From Asterias rubens (Eukaryota), in NCBI RefSeq assembly GCF_902459465.1, contig NC_047074.1:2542001-2606000 (forward strand): a stretch of DNA of 64,000 nucleotides, given 5' to 3'. Under the pieces are notes generated by a model. It saw only the letters and a program-made list of their open reading frames with translations, did not search any database and was not told where the DNA came from. Of this stretch, positions 20,434-32,430 are shown piece after piece (position 1 is the first letter of the stretch; each line of letters begins with the position of its first letter). Made by a program: the position numbers and the translations under genes.

Positions 20434-21195
20434 ACCATCAGCAACCATGCGTTACAAAAATGAAAGTCGCCAATCAAGATAAGTATAGAGAAGGAATGCC
20501 ATATTCGAGTTTGCGTCTTCAGCTAGGGCTACGGCTGCTGCTATACCTCAACGCATGGTGAGCCACCAATCTAGCTGTAGCCACTGATTCGGATACGTCC
20601 ATCGTGTGTCACTTTCATGGCCGGATAATCGGCGATTTCAATCTTGAGATTAACAACTTCTTCCTTGGCCTAAACTTGTATAGGGATTTTCAAGAATTTG
20701 CTCACACTCGTCTCATGAGACCTTATCAAGATTCACAGAGCCACAGTTTGTCCTCCAAGTGACAAACAAATCCCTGAACAACACCCTCTTTTTATCTTTT
20801 ATGAAGAATTAAAGAAATTGATTTGCGAACAGAGCAGATAAGAAAGGCCGCGAACTGTGATATTTAAAAAGACCAAGGATTTTCCGGTAGAGAAATCATT
20901 GCAGACAAAATTGACATGGGACAAATTGAACTTAATCATCTCAGTGTTTGGAACGACAAAACATCACCCCGAGTTATTGTGATTGCTACGTTGTCCCATA
21001 TGTGTTATTCCTTTACTAAATTTCTTTACTAGAGTTTGATTCCTTCGTTTGTGTAGGTCCTATATAATTTTGTTCCGTCATATTAATTGTGTTTCCAACA
21101 TTTCCCGGGGATTTAATTTGTTCAGTTTGTCTGTGTTATTTTGTTATAGGCCTTTATTTCTGGAGAGGAAATCAAGGATGCCTCATAAGTGAATC

Positions 21196-21540
21196 GACTG
21201 GACACTATTGGTTGTTCTTCAAAGACTAGTCTTCTCACTTGCTGTATCTCAACATGTGCATAAAATAACAAACCTGTGAAAATTTAAACTCAATTCGTCG
21301 TCGAAGTAGCGAGATAATCATGAATGAAAAAAACACCCTTGTCACACGAAGTGGTGTGCTTTCAGATGCTTGTTTTCGAGACCTCAAATTCTAATTCTGG
21401 GGTCTCGAAAACTACGTTACTTCAGATGGAGCCGTTTCTCACAATGTGTTATACTTTCAAACAACTCTCCATTACTCTTTACCAAGTAAGATTTTATGCT
21501 GATAAATATTTTGAGTAATTACCAATAAAGTCCACTGCCT
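21196..21540. mobile_element. Kolobok-like MITE
   Basis: actggacactattgg ... accaataaagtccactgcct|TTAA. Confidence 0.8.
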
Positions 21541-21628
21541 TTAACCAATATATAGCTAGAGGAAGTCTGAGGAAACACGTAAAGAAAGGGTATACTATTA
21601 TTATGTGAAACAGAAACATCAGGGTTAA

Positions 21629-21995
21629 AGGGAAGGTACACGTTTGGCAATTACTCAAAACAAATATTAACTTAAAAACTGACTTGGCAACGAGCATTGG
21701 AGAGCTGTTGATAATATAAAACATTGTTGGAAATAACTCCCTGTGAAGTATTGTAGTTTTTGAGAAAGAGGTAATTTCTCACTAAAATAATAAAAGACTT
21801 CAAGCTAGAAGTATTTTATTCCTATCTGAAAGCACACAAATTCGTCCAACAAGGGTGTTTTTTCTTTTATCATTTTCTCCCAACTTCGATGATCAATTGA
21901 GCCCAAATTTTCACAGGCTTGTTATGTTATGCTTATGATGGGATACACCGAGTGAGAACAATGGTCTATGACAATTACTAAACTTGTACATGCCC
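21629..21995. mobile_element. Kolobok-like MITE, AGGGAAGGTACACGTTTGG subfamily
   Basis: TTAA at both ends; internal sequence shared with the 15166 family; sibling at 56662-57028. Confidence 0.8.
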
Positions 21996-22106
21996 TTAAA
22001 CCATGCTCCATGGGTTAACCCCTATCTCTTCTACGATAACTGCTCTCTTTTTATGGAACAATCCTATAGTTTACGCGTAAACAGATGGGTAAGATCTACG
22101 GCTTAA

Positions 22107-22487
22107 AGGAACACGTTGCCTTGGATCGGACGAGTTGGTCTTTAAAAGGCGTTTGTAACCCTTTTTTATAAAATGCATATGGTTGTAAAGATGTTTTAAA
22201 AGTAGAATACAATGATCCACACACATTCTGCTTCGAAATTGCGTGGTTTTCCTTTTACTTTGCGAACTATAAAACACGGTCGGCCATTTATGGGAGTCAA
22301 AAACTTGACGTCCATAAATGGCCGACCGTGTTTGTCGACGAGGTAAAAGGAAAACCACGCAATTTTGAGTGATACTTGTGTGGATCATTATATTCTACTT
22401 TTAAAATATCTTTCTAATCAGACATATGCATTTTACAACAAAGACGTTTCAAAGACCAACTCGACCCATCCAAGGCAACGTGTTCCT
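22107..22487. mobile_element. Kolobok-like MITE, family AGGAACACGTTGCCTTGGATCGG
   Basis: TTAA|aggaacacgttgccttggat ... atccaaggcaacgtgttcct|TTAA. Confidence 0.9.
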
Positions 22488-22509
22488 TTAATGTCCTTTA
22501 TCAAAAGGG

Positions 22510-22670
22510 CAAGTCACTTAATGGTAAAGTATCTTGCTCAAGGGCACATTAAGGGCACGTGAAGGGCACATGTGCCACGACCAGTACTCGAACCACACTC
22601 AGCTGAACAAAAAACACCACCTGAGCTTGAGGGTTTATAGTGCTCTTTAAGCTGCTTGACCACGGGACAC
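22510..22670 (-). mobile_element. tRNA-SINE head (Deu-SINE family), truncated
   Basis: Minus strand: tggtcaagcagcttaaagagcac..ggttcgagtac..gcccttgagcaagatacttta, the same head as 40405-40792. Confidence 0.6.
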
Positions 22671-23079
22671 CACGCACTAAACGCAAACCCATCGTGGTTT
22701 TTTTTAAAGCCATTGGACGCTTTCGGTAAACAGTATTGTCCAAGGCCCACACTTCGTGTATCACAACATATATATCAAATAACAAACCTGTGAGAATTCA
22801 AGCTCAATTGGTCATCGCAGTCGAGAGAAAATAACGGGAAACCCCACCCGTGTTTCCGCACGTTTCACCGTGTCATGACATGTGTTTAAAATTAAAATAA
22901 TCCGTATATAATTGTAATTGTTTTAATGTTTTCTCAAAAAGTAAAGCATTTCATGGAATACTATTTCAAGATAAGTCTTTCACCATTACCTTCTGTAAAC
23001 CCTGCAAATTATTTGTAAATCTGTGAACTTAATAAACAAAATTAAAAAAAATTGTTCCGAAAGTGTCCATCTGCTTTAA

Positions 23080-23549
23080 AGGGACACGTTGCCTTGGACC
23101 TAGACTTGATTCAAGTCCCGTTTTTGCGCGAGAGGTCCCTAAGCATATCGCGCCAACTATAGCAAACGAGCCGTATATAGCAGTGAACCCTTGCCGTCAA
23201 AATGTAGATATTATGGTCCAGAGAAAAGGTTGAAGAGTGCAGAGCAACAAAACAATAGTTTTCTGGCAATGACAAGAGATTGGGACTTAAAGTCATGTCT
23301 ATCTTGGATCGGGCAGAGTTGTTATATTAAAAGCGTTTGAAACCGCTTTGCTCTAACCCGGCACGTCAATGGTCACTCCGTGTTAGTTCGCATAGTAAAA
23401 GGACAACAACGCAATATAAAGACATAGTTTGTGGGGATCATTATATATTCTACTTCTAAAACATCTTTCAAAGCATATGCATTTTATACCAAACGGTTAC
23501 AAACGCTTTTTGATACACCGGCTCGCCCGATCCAAGGCAACGTGTCCCT
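23080..23549. mobile_element. Kolobok-like MITE with a nested Academ-like MITE
   Basis: TTAA|agggacacgttgccttgga ... tccaaggcaacgtgtccct|TTAA, interrupted at 23101-23301. Confidence 0.85.
23101..23301. mobile_element. Academ-like MITE (TAG..CTA) with a ~9-bp TSD
   Basis: ccttggacc|TAGACTTGATTCAAGTCCC ... GGGACTTAAAGTCATGTCTA|tcttggatc; siblings at 54075-54216 and 57734-57874. Confidence 0.75.
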
Positions 23550-24017
23550 TTAAAGTGCAGAAACAACAAAACCCGGCCATTTTGACAACTGGCATTCTCT
23601 ATAATTTTAAGAGCAAGAAAAATATTGAAAAAATAATATCCATTTTAAGTAGGTCATGGATTTACCTATGGTGAAAGCATGAGGGTTATGATAAAGGCAT
23701 TCCAGAGGTAATAGCTTATTTCAATGGTATACAAATATTTCTGTCCAACTACATTTGGGTCATGGGTTTCAGTTATGTCTGTCTTTTTTTCTATTAAATA
23801 AGCATACCTCTTGAAAGCCTTTTTCAGTAATCCCCATTCTTTCACCATTGTAGCGGTAAATCCATGACATACATAGAAATTTGTCTTGTTCTTAAAATAT
23901 AGCTCCCATCCAATGATTGCGTTTTATTTTACTCACCAGGTATACTAGTCATATACTGAAGGATATAAACTAACTGATAGCAACTCCGCGGTCTTCCAAA
24001 AATGTAATGGTCTCAAT

Positions 24018-24166
24018 GGGTGCGTTCGTTTAGCTTCCGCGGGTCGACCCCGGTGTGTGGCGTTTTGTTTTTCAAGGACGAACGTGTGCAGATAATTACC
24101 CACGTTCGTCCTGGAAAAAAACGCCACACTACGGGGTCGACCCAGGGAAGCTAAACGAACGCAACC
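24018..24166. mobile_element. GGGTGCGTTCG-TIR MITE
   Basis: gggtgcgttcgtttagcttcc..gggtcgacccc / ggggtcgacccagggaagctaaacgaacgcaacc. Confidence 0.75.
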
Positions 24167-24339
24167 TGTATTGCACAGTTCCAGGGCGATCCCATGCATA
24201 CTTGCACGGGCGCTGGGGTCAAGTGTGTCAAACACAAACAAATGGCTCGTATGTGTACGAGTCAATGGGGGATATTTACTTGGAACAGCGGACCAGTTTT
24301 AAAAACTCCAGCGGGTAAACGATCTTGCCCCGACACATT

Positions 24340-24520
24340 AGTTGTGTGTCGTGGCCGAGTGGTTAAGAGCACTGCACTCAAGCGCTGGTGCTTCTGCTCA
24401 GCTGAGTGTGCGTTCTAGTACAGGTTGCGCAACTCTTGTAGCACCGAGCAAGAAGCTTTACCGTAACTTCCTTGTCCTTCGGTAGGGACATTAAGCTGTA
24501 GGTTCAGTGTACTAAGATTG
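24340..24520 (+). mobile_element. Degenerate Deu-SINE 5-prime half
   Basis: gtggccgagtggttaagagcac (A box)..ccgagcaagaagcttta..gtccttcggtagggac. Confidence 0.55.
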
Positions 24521-24559
24521 GTAGTGCTATAGTGCGATGACCCAGAACCTTAATCATAT

Positions 24560-24750
24560 ACAGTGCTTATCATTGCGGTACCCACTGCTAAGGATTCGAA
24601 CTGCCTCTAGCTACCGGGCAATCTCGGTGGTATCTGTTGGTAAGACACTGCTCTTTAGTCGCAAAGAACGTACGCCTGTGTTTGTTCACAGAATTCGGAA
24701 AAGTAATTAGTATACAGTGCTTACACACACATCGTTGTGATATGTTTTAA
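24560..24750 (+). mobile_element. Copy of the TIR/tRNA-like family (see 7027)
   Basis: ggattcgaactgcctctagctaccgggcaatctcggtgg..gttcacagaattcggaaaagta..cagtgcttacacacacatcg. Confidence 0.6.
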
Positions 24751-25462
24751 GGTCAATATTTTAATACTTTAAAATTATTTTGTGCAATATGCTCAACAAA
24801 CAGGCGAAGATTGGTGTAACCCTCAACAATGTTAACAACCTATATTATTCGAAAACCATTGAAGGGCCATTAATAGATCATACCACTCCATCTACAGGTT
24901 AACTAGTTCAAACGACTTTATCACGAGGGACAAAATGGGCAATATTATTACAACACAATACAATTATAATATATTTTTGAAAATAAATAATAATTTATGT
25001 GCAATTGCCAATAATAGTTACACCTAAGTGACTTCTTGTAGGGACCTGAAACACTATTTTGGACTATACACACGTCCACACAGTGTATTTACAGTGTTGG
25101 AGAATACAATTTTCCATTAAGTGTACAGCGCAATGGAATGTCTACCGTGTGAGCAACACAGAGCTGCGTGTCTTCGTGTTTAAAGGGGCAACCCTTGTGT
25201 TGCCAGTGTTAAAATGCTGCTGTCAATATTATAATAATATTATCAATAATTTACCTTTGGCTAGTTTCATGTATTTTCACGTACGTACCAATTTCTTAGC
25301 TGTTATTTTATTGAATGTGCAGAAATGCACGATTGGATGTTCTGCAGATAATTTGGACATTATGTGCAGTTAGTGCGGTTTGTTCATCAGCAAAAGAAAG
25401 GGCTGTATCTGCGCAAGTCTTGCGCGTAGCAACAAGAATGCAATTCGAACGGAGAAGTTTAA

Positions 25463-25775
25463 AGGAACCCATTGCCTTGGATCGGTCGAGTTGTTCTTTG
25501 AAAAGCGTTTGAAACAATTTTTTATAAAATGCATATAGGTAGAAAGATGTTGTAAAAGTAGAATCCCATTTATGGGAGTCAAATTTTTGACTCCCATAAA
25601 TGGCCGACCGTGTTAGTTCGCACAGTAAAAGGAAAACCACGCAATTTCGAGGCAAACCTGTGTGGATCATTGTATTCTACTTTTAAAACATCTTTCCAAC
25701 CATATGCATTTTATAAAAAACGGTTACAAACGCTTTTAATAGACCAACTCGTCCGATCCAAGGCAACGTGTTCCT
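25463..25775. mobile_element. Kolobok-like MITE (22107 family)
   Basis: TTAA|aggaacccattgccttggatcgg ... ccgatccaaggcaacgtgttcct|TTAA. Confidence 0.9.
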
Positions 25776-26127
25776 TTAACCGTTCCTGAAGTTCAAATAC
25801 GAGCGAGACTTTCAGTCAATATGGCGTCCAGGCTTTAACTGGCGTTGCTCTTTGGTTAAATATATAGACCCTTTTATTGGCGGCCATCTTTGATGTAAAG
25901 CAACGCAAACGTGCACACGCATGACGCACTGTGCACGACTCTCAGCCAAAGATAGCTCTTCAAGCGTGCACATTCATCAACAATGACAGCCAATGCACGG
26001 AGTCTAAACTTAACATCATCGGTCAGAAACATTGATGTGTATTATTACAGATGTGGCGGAAGTGACTTGATTAATAAAGAAGGTGAGAGTGAGATGCTGG
26101 AGTCCAACATGTTTTCCTGCTGCTGAA

Positions 26128-27249
26128 TTATCTTCCACATCGCAGAAGTTTCACTAACCCCTTTCGGTAATGTCTATACTGGAGACCATAGATAAACGGG
26201 TTGACGCAAGAGTTCAACTGTGCAGCAAGGATAGCAAAATTGATGAAGGAACTGAAGAAGTCAAGGCTCCCGCCCAGATTGTACTGCAGGAACGCCCATT
26301 GGTCAGGCGACCAGCAGATGACGTAAAAGACATACACAGTGAACAGTGTTTTGGTCACGTTTTTGCGTTGGATGTTTCCGGACGATTTGGTGCCTTTGGT
26401 GTTCGCAGGCTGAGTGCTGGAACCTGGCTGGCTGGTGTCACCCGCTGTTACTAGGGAGGCGCCATCTTGACCAGTCGAGTTGGTACTGATGACGTTTGCT
26501 CCTTGCGTTGCACGCTGTGGTGGTGGTTGGTTTGCAACTTTGATGTTCTGCTGCCGGAATCTGAGGAATATCTTGACGAAGGAAAACGTCATGATGATCA
26601 TTGGGATGAAGTAATCCCACAGAAAAACCAAGATGCCGAAGATCTTCTCCATTGCACTGGTGTAGAGTGCGGCCTCATAGGTGCAAGATGCCGGTACGGT
26701 TTCTGGTATGAAGTCGTATCTCAACACCGCAATGATGAACTGCCAAAATGGCCCGACTAGCCAGGGTATAATTGGCAATGTTTTGGCGATGGTGGTGTTT
26801 GCGAATTTCCTGGAGTAGTAAATAGGATGAATGACGGCTAGATAGCGTTCCACTGATATCTCAGTCAGGTTGAACGTGGACGCCGCATACGCAGCGAACA
26901 GACAGAATCTTGAAGACCAGAACTTACAGAAAATCTGCCCGAAGAAGTAGTTTTCAGGAGGAGATACTTCAGCGAGTTCCGTAATGGTCAGGCCCACGAG
27001 GAGGATTGAAGCACATAAGTCAATCAGAGCTTGATTGGCGATCAGGGTATTGGTCGTGTTGCGTTTATTGGTGCTCCACAGGCGCGCCACCACGATGCAA
27101 ACTAACAGGTTACCAATGATTCCGGACACTCCAATACAGAGTCGAATGGCTATTAGAAGCAACTGATTTGGTGCAAAAGACGTATTAAGTTCTTCATCAC
27201 CGCTAGCAGTCGTGGCGATGTCGGTCCAAGCTGTGTCATTCAACGCCAT
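26128..27249 (-). CDS. Intronless class-A (rhodopsin-like) GPCR, galanin/allatostatin-A-receptor-like, ~373 aa
   Basis: Seven hydrophobic segments, GN in TM1, ALxD in TM2, ERY, CWSP, NPFIY, and N-terminal sequons (NDT, NTS). Probable start MALNDT at 27249. The subfamily label is from general resemblance only. Confidence 0.93.
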   Translation of the reverse strand: MALNDTAWTDIATTASGDEELNTSFAPNQLLLIAIRLCIGVSGIIGNLLVCIVVARLWSTNKRNTTNTLIANQALIDLCASILLVGLTITELAEVSPPENYFFGQIFCKFWSSRFCLFAAYAASTFNLTEISVERYLAVIHPIYYSRKFANTTIAKTLPIIPWLVGPFWQFIIAVLRYDFIPETVPASCTYEAALYTSAMEKIFGILVFLWDYFIPMIIMTFSFVKIFLRFRQQNIKVANQPPPQRATQGANVISTNSTGQDGASLVTAGDTSQPGSSTQPANTKGTKSSGNIQRKNVTKTLFTVYVFYVICWSPDQWAFLQYNLGGSLDFFSSFINFAILAAQLNSCVNPFIYGLQYRHYRKGLVKLLRCGR

Positions 27250-27724
27250 GATCTTTAGTATCTTTTGTGCAACGCTGATGGCCGAGTTCAGTTGAATGAT
27301 TTCAACACAGGAATCGGATAATGCAAAGATGATCACAAAAGCAAAACCCTGGCTGCCGTAAGAGAAATGATATCTCGTAACAAGATTTAAAGTTGCAGTT
27401 CCTTTCCAACTCCAGTTAGCGCACTGTAACAAAGTTGGCTTGATTTTGGGTTTGTTTTCCGTGGATATAAAGTAAAGATCAACCGTCTAAATGGATAGCA
27501 GTGAGCTCCCCACACAAAGATCTTGTCAGAATCTGGAAGTAGGACGAGTTGTCTTCTCTATGACGAGATGCAGATTGTAAGATACCAAGTTCACCCGCAA
27601 GAGCATTTGAAGCTACTGCGAGATAAAGTTGTTCGTGGACTTACATAATATACAAACTGTCCGAGCACAGGTTTGGGTGAAGTTTATACACACCCAATAC
27701 AGACGTGTGGTAGGTCTACACAGC

Positions 27725-27792
27725 AGAGCCAATACGTCATCGATATCAGCGCTGATTGGTGCGCTCTAGGTTGGTAACTGTCCAATCAGAGG
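27725..27792 (-). promoter_or_regulatory. CCAAT-box cluster upstream of GPCR1 (putative promoter)
   Basis: gccaatac, gctgattggt and tccaatcag within 70 bp, ~480-540 bp upstream of the ATG. Confidence 0.35.
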
Positions 27793-27934
27793 CTACCTCA
27801 GTCATTGTAAAAATGTCTCTGCGTATAACGTAACGGTAACCTTGACCACACTATAAATGTATTATGTTTATTACACTCTTGTCCCATCAGATAAGTCTGC
27901 ACTATTCGTGTACGAATAAAAGTGATACATTTAA

Positions 27935-28301
27935 AGGCACTGGACACTATTGGTTATTACTCAAAATAATTGTTAGCATAAAAAAAATTACTTGGTAGCG
28001 AGCAGTGGAGAGCTCTTGATAAGTATAACACATTGTGAGCAACGGATCCCTCTGAAGTAACGTAGTTTTTGAGAAAGAAGTAGTTTTCTCAACAAAATGT
28101 TTGAATTGAATGTCTCGAAATCAAGGCATCTGAAAGCACACAACTTGTGCGACAAGAGTGTTTTTTTCTTCCATTATTATCTCGCAACTTCGACAACCAA
28201 TCGAGTCCAAATGTTTACATGTTTGTTGTTTTATACATTATGTTGAGATGCACCAAGTGAGAATACTGGTATTTGACAATTACCAATAGTGTCCAGTGTC
28301 T
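27935..28301. mobile_element. Kolobok-like MITE, AGGCACTGGACAC variant, uninterrupted
   Basis: TTAA|aggcactggacactattgg ... ccaatagtgtccagtgtct|gtaa. Confidence 0.85.
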
Positions 28302-28845
28302 GTAACCATGGAAGTAGGAATCATATTCATACATTTATGCTTTAATGGAGTTTAAATTAAACTCTATAATAGTCGTTTTAACTCCAGTAAAACAACATCC
28401 TTAATTCAAAAACATAAGGAGCCGAAAATTTAAGATATCGTTCTGTTTACAAAAACTTGACCTTAACACTAAACTATATCGCGAGAATTGATGTAATGAT
28501 AAATTTAACTTCAATTGTACCTTTCGTACAATATTGTACAATATTGTACCTTTCCATCAACGAGGCTTTTGTCGTCATCAACATTTACAATTCATGCAAG
28601 AGCCGTTAGGTTAGAGTGCAACGATGTCCATTCATGTGTGACTAAGTAACCGTAAACTGTTCGCAATTTCAGTTTATTTACCGTTATCAACAAGCAACAC
28701 TTAATGGTTAACCACTACATGGTTTTTATCAATACAAACAAATTAACCAAGAACAGCTGAATTTGTTCTATTCCAAATTAATTTATCATTGGCCTGCTTT
28801 ACCAAGTGATGAAAAGCAAAACACTCTTTTTACTGTTAACTTTAA

Positions 28846-29220
28846 AGGCAGTGGACACTATTGGTAATTGTCAAAGACTAGCCTTCACAGTTGGTGTATC
28901 TCAACGTAAGCATAAAATAACAAACCTGTGAAAATTTGAGCTCAATGTCATCGAACTTGCGAGATAATAATGAAAGCAAAAAACACCCTTGTCACACGAA
29001 GTTGTGTGCTTTCAGATGCTTGATTTCGAGACCTCAAGTTCTAAACTTGAGGTCTCGAAATCAAATTCGTGAAAAATTACTTGTCTCGAAAACTATGGCA
29101 CTTCAGGGGGAGCCGTTTCTCACAATGTTTTATACTGTCAAACTCTCCCCATTACTCGTTACCAAGTAAGGTTTTATGATAATAATTATTTTAAGTTATT
29201 ACCAATAGTGTCCACTGCCA
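28846..29220. mobile_element. Kolobok-like MITE
   Basis: TTAA|aggcagtggacactattggtaat ... ttaccaatagtgtccactgcca|TTAA. Confidence 0.9.
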
Positions 29221-29659
29221 TTAACATTTTCAAAGGTTAACCTTAAAAATGCGCTATGCCAACCGGATCATATTCTGTAAGTTTTGGTTTCATGGGTGGG
29301 ATTTTAATTTTGGTTACGATGTTAATCTTTTTAAGTGTTTATCATGCAAGCACTTGTTTTTTGCATATTATGTTTTGTGAAGTTTACAACTAAACAATAT
29401 TTTTGACAAAGCAATACGAAAAACCTTACTAGGGACAGTCACATTCCATGCACTCACCCGTTATTTGGAAAGCAATCACTTTGGTGGACATTTCAGCAGT
29501 AATGCAAGAGCCGTTAGGTTAGCATAAACTCAAGGTCCGTTCGTGCATGACGAATGGTAAATAGACACAGACCATTATGGGGGAATGAGTTTCCATGTCT
29601 GGGTCGTTGTAATGTTTCATTTCAACTTTTAGTCACGTTTTTTTGTATAATAATGTGTC

Positions 29660-29979
29660 GTTTGAATTGAAGACAATGATGAAAGAAAGCTTCCCTTTAA
29701 AAATTACTTTCTGAGGTGATGTTACATTAGTTTTTGAGCAATAAGTGAAACAAGTCACGAAAATAATTTTCGTATCTAAAGACGGAAATTATTTTAGTAA
29801 AATATGTCAAACATATTTTCGTGACATTGTTTCACTCGTTTCTCAAAAACTACTACTAACACCTCAGCTATAGTAATATTCTTAGGATAAGCTTTCTTCT
29901 TTCATTATCTTCAAACGATTGAAGTTTAATGTAAATCTGTGGACATTGTGGTTTGTGTTAAAAGAAGTACCCAACTCCT
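29660..29979. mobile_element. Partial Kolobok-like MITE (47362 family)
   Basis: gaaagcttccctt..aatgtaaatctgtggacattgtg..aagtacccaactcct|TTAA. Confidence 0.65.
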
Positions 29980-30908
29980 TTAAAGCGACTGTCCAATGCA
30001 ATATTAATTAATATAATTTTTTTATAGTGAATACGAGACAATACAAATTCGTAGTACTAACTTTAAATCGAGACTAATTATGTTTTGATGGGATTTATCA
30101 TCTCGTAATTAAGAGTTATTTTCTTTCTCGTAAAACGAGTGGGGGGTTGTTGTCTCGTTGTTACGAGAGTTATTAATACAAAACGTATTATACCCTTTAA
30201 TCGATCTTTAGATAAAAAGCATTTCTTAGCAGCGGCAGCAGCTATTCAGCCATAGAAAGAATCCGACTAAAGAGTGAAAACGACAGAGAGAAAGAGTGAA
30301 AGAAAATAACGAAAAAAACAGGATAAAAGAAACAGCACAACCAATCAAAACATCATTACAATATTTAATTAGTAGGAAACGTACTTTGTACTTAAATAAA
30401 ACATAAATACACGCAAAATCAGGAAATTATTATGGACAAAATTAATAATTTTTAGAATTATATACTTATAATTTCATTCTCTCACAAAACTCACAACAAC
30501 CTACATTGAGAGCGATTAGTACAAACCGATATCCGATTTGCACAAAACATGTAGTAGGTCTGTTTTGCTCGGCTTAGATGTTTCCCAACAATGGGTGGCC
30601 TACTTCTTCAAAGGAATAACACATTTCATTCCAACTCGTTCAAAGAAAAGACAAAGACGGAAAAATCATTCAGCATGTCGTACTCATTTTGAAAGTGTGC
30701 ATAAAACCAATTCGGGTTTGAAGAATAATGCGTACATCTCATTTTTAGAAGAAATAAAATAAGATATTTTGCTGCCGTATTGCTCAATGTGCCATGCTCC
30801 ATTTTGCAATTCAGCTAAAACAAGAGCGACATACGGTCTGTACCGCTGAATTGCGACACCCAATTTCGCTAAGAAGCATGCTCGATATAGTTCACAATTG
30901 TTATGAGA

Positions 30909-31077
30909 CGTTGTGGCAAGAGATTCTGTCCCCGGGATTTTTGCCCCCCCCCCCCCAACATAAGACGAACTGTGAACAAACTTCTTCTGATAGCGCCCTC
31001 TTTTGAGTTATCCTCCATACATGTTAATTTCCCATAATGGGGGACATAATCTCTGGGGACGGATTTTCATGACACCG
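30909..31077. mobile_element. ~170-bp MITE (CGTTGTGG..GACACCG), copy 1
   Basis: Self-inverted ends (agattctgtcccc / ggggacataatct); inverted copy at 31936-32075. Confidence 0.65.
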
Positions 31078-31195
31078 TAATGGCAAGACTCTAGTTTACA
31101 ACATTAAAATTATACTTAAAAAAACAACCAATAGTTCTGTAAATTGTGCTTTTGTATGACCAAGACTCGAAATTGTCTCTCTTTATTCTGCGTCT

Positions 31196-31360
31196 ATGGA
31201 CCTGACTGCTGCATATGACAATGTGTGGCACATACTTTTTAGTATACATCTACGACCTAGAACAACAAACAACGGACCGCATCATCATTGAGTGCCCTCT
31301 CAAACCGCCCAAAATGGAGCTGATAATGGTGTTCCCACACATGGTTGGCTGCTCGACCCA
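31196..31360 (+). pseudogene. Decayed non-LTR retrotransposon reverse-transcriptase fragment
   Basis: 31199-31231 translates as DLTAAYDNVWH (cf. RT motif DLxxAYDxVxH). After frameshifts come LSNR and NGVPTHGWLLDP (cf. GVPQGSxLxP) in the expected order. Confidence 0.55.
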
Positions 31361-31935
31361 AAGAAAAACCAAAAGCCCTAGTGCGCCCTCTTGTGCTTTT
31401 GTGACTGACGAAAGACCAGTATTCTTAAGCTGCTTCCGAGGTGCTCTAAACTGTACATGAACATCTGACACTACGGGGCTGTGAATAACGCCAGATACCA
31501 GCCTTACCGGATGCTGCCCGATGAACCTTGGACCTCACATTTATTTCACACGGAGATTCACAGTAAATTTACACTTGTTCACATTATTACACATTAGTGA
31601 ACAAAACAACAAATATACGATGTACAAACAGTACTCACGTTGCATGCAGACGATCGAAAGTGCGTTGACAACCTCGGACCAAACACAGTTATGGAAAGCT
31701 TACGCCTCTCATCACGTTTATCCAATGAAATTATTGGGCTGGTCATCCTTGCGGATAAAGACCGGGGACCAATTAATACTCTGCGGAGTATGCTTTCAAA
31801 CAGAACGCTATAGGTTTTGTGTTCAGAAGTTGTTTGCCAATCTTCTTCAATTTCGGGAGTTCCGTCTAACTTTACGCGGGGAAAAACTGAGAGGGAATCT
31901 TATAACAAAGGGCGCATACATACAAGATCGTATTA

Positions 31936-32075
31936 CGGTGTTGCCTCCGGAGATTTTGTCCCCCATTAATTTTTAAAAAAAACTTGGGCTGCAGGATAAT
32001 TCAAGAGAGGGCGCAATCATAACACTAAAGTTGAACACAGTTCGCCGAATGGGGACAGCATCTCTTGCCACAACG
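31936..32075. mobile_element. MITE copy 2, inverted relative to 30909-31077
   Basis: cggtgtt..gagattttgtcccccatta..ggataattcaagagagggcgcaatc..cacagttcg..ggggacagcatctcttgccacaacg. Confidence 0.65.
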
Positions 32076-32430
32076 GCGTCAGTTTGATTCAATACTAACG
32101 GGAGGTTTAATGACAGTATATAAGATCAAACTAAATTCACTAACTCTCAGTGGACAATGTGCCATTATTAACAGACTTCTTGGCCTAATTATATATTAAA
32201 AAAAACTTTAACTCTCATAATTTGGGCAGCAGACGAGTAATGAATTGTCAAGTTCACACAAAATGCTCACACAAACTGGCGCCATCGGAGTGGAACACGA
32301 GTGCTCTTGCACATGGCGCCACCTTGTGACATCTGGTTGTTCATTGCACTACGTCCGAGTGAAGCGACTTCTTCGAAGGTATGACTTTTTCAGTAAGCTG
32401 GCCATACCTACTGGCACAGACATCAATGCG

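Noticed and set aside
20610-20720. IIGDFN, resembling a LINE APE endonuclease motif
   Set aside because: Isolated six-residue match with no neighbouring endonuclease motifs.
27250-27432. 61-aa N-terminal extension of GPCR1 in the ORF track (and 22 aa for GPCR2 from 54764)
   Set aside because: The track ORFs begin at TTG/GTG; the first ATG with a typical glycosylated N-terminus is at 27249 (and 54830). An upstream exon cannot be excluded.
31521-31976. 151-aa ORF, and other 100-150 aa intergenic ORFs (14054, 40411, 45593, 50976)
   Set aside because: No recognisable domains or splice signals; most overlap MITE/SINE or AT-rich sequence.
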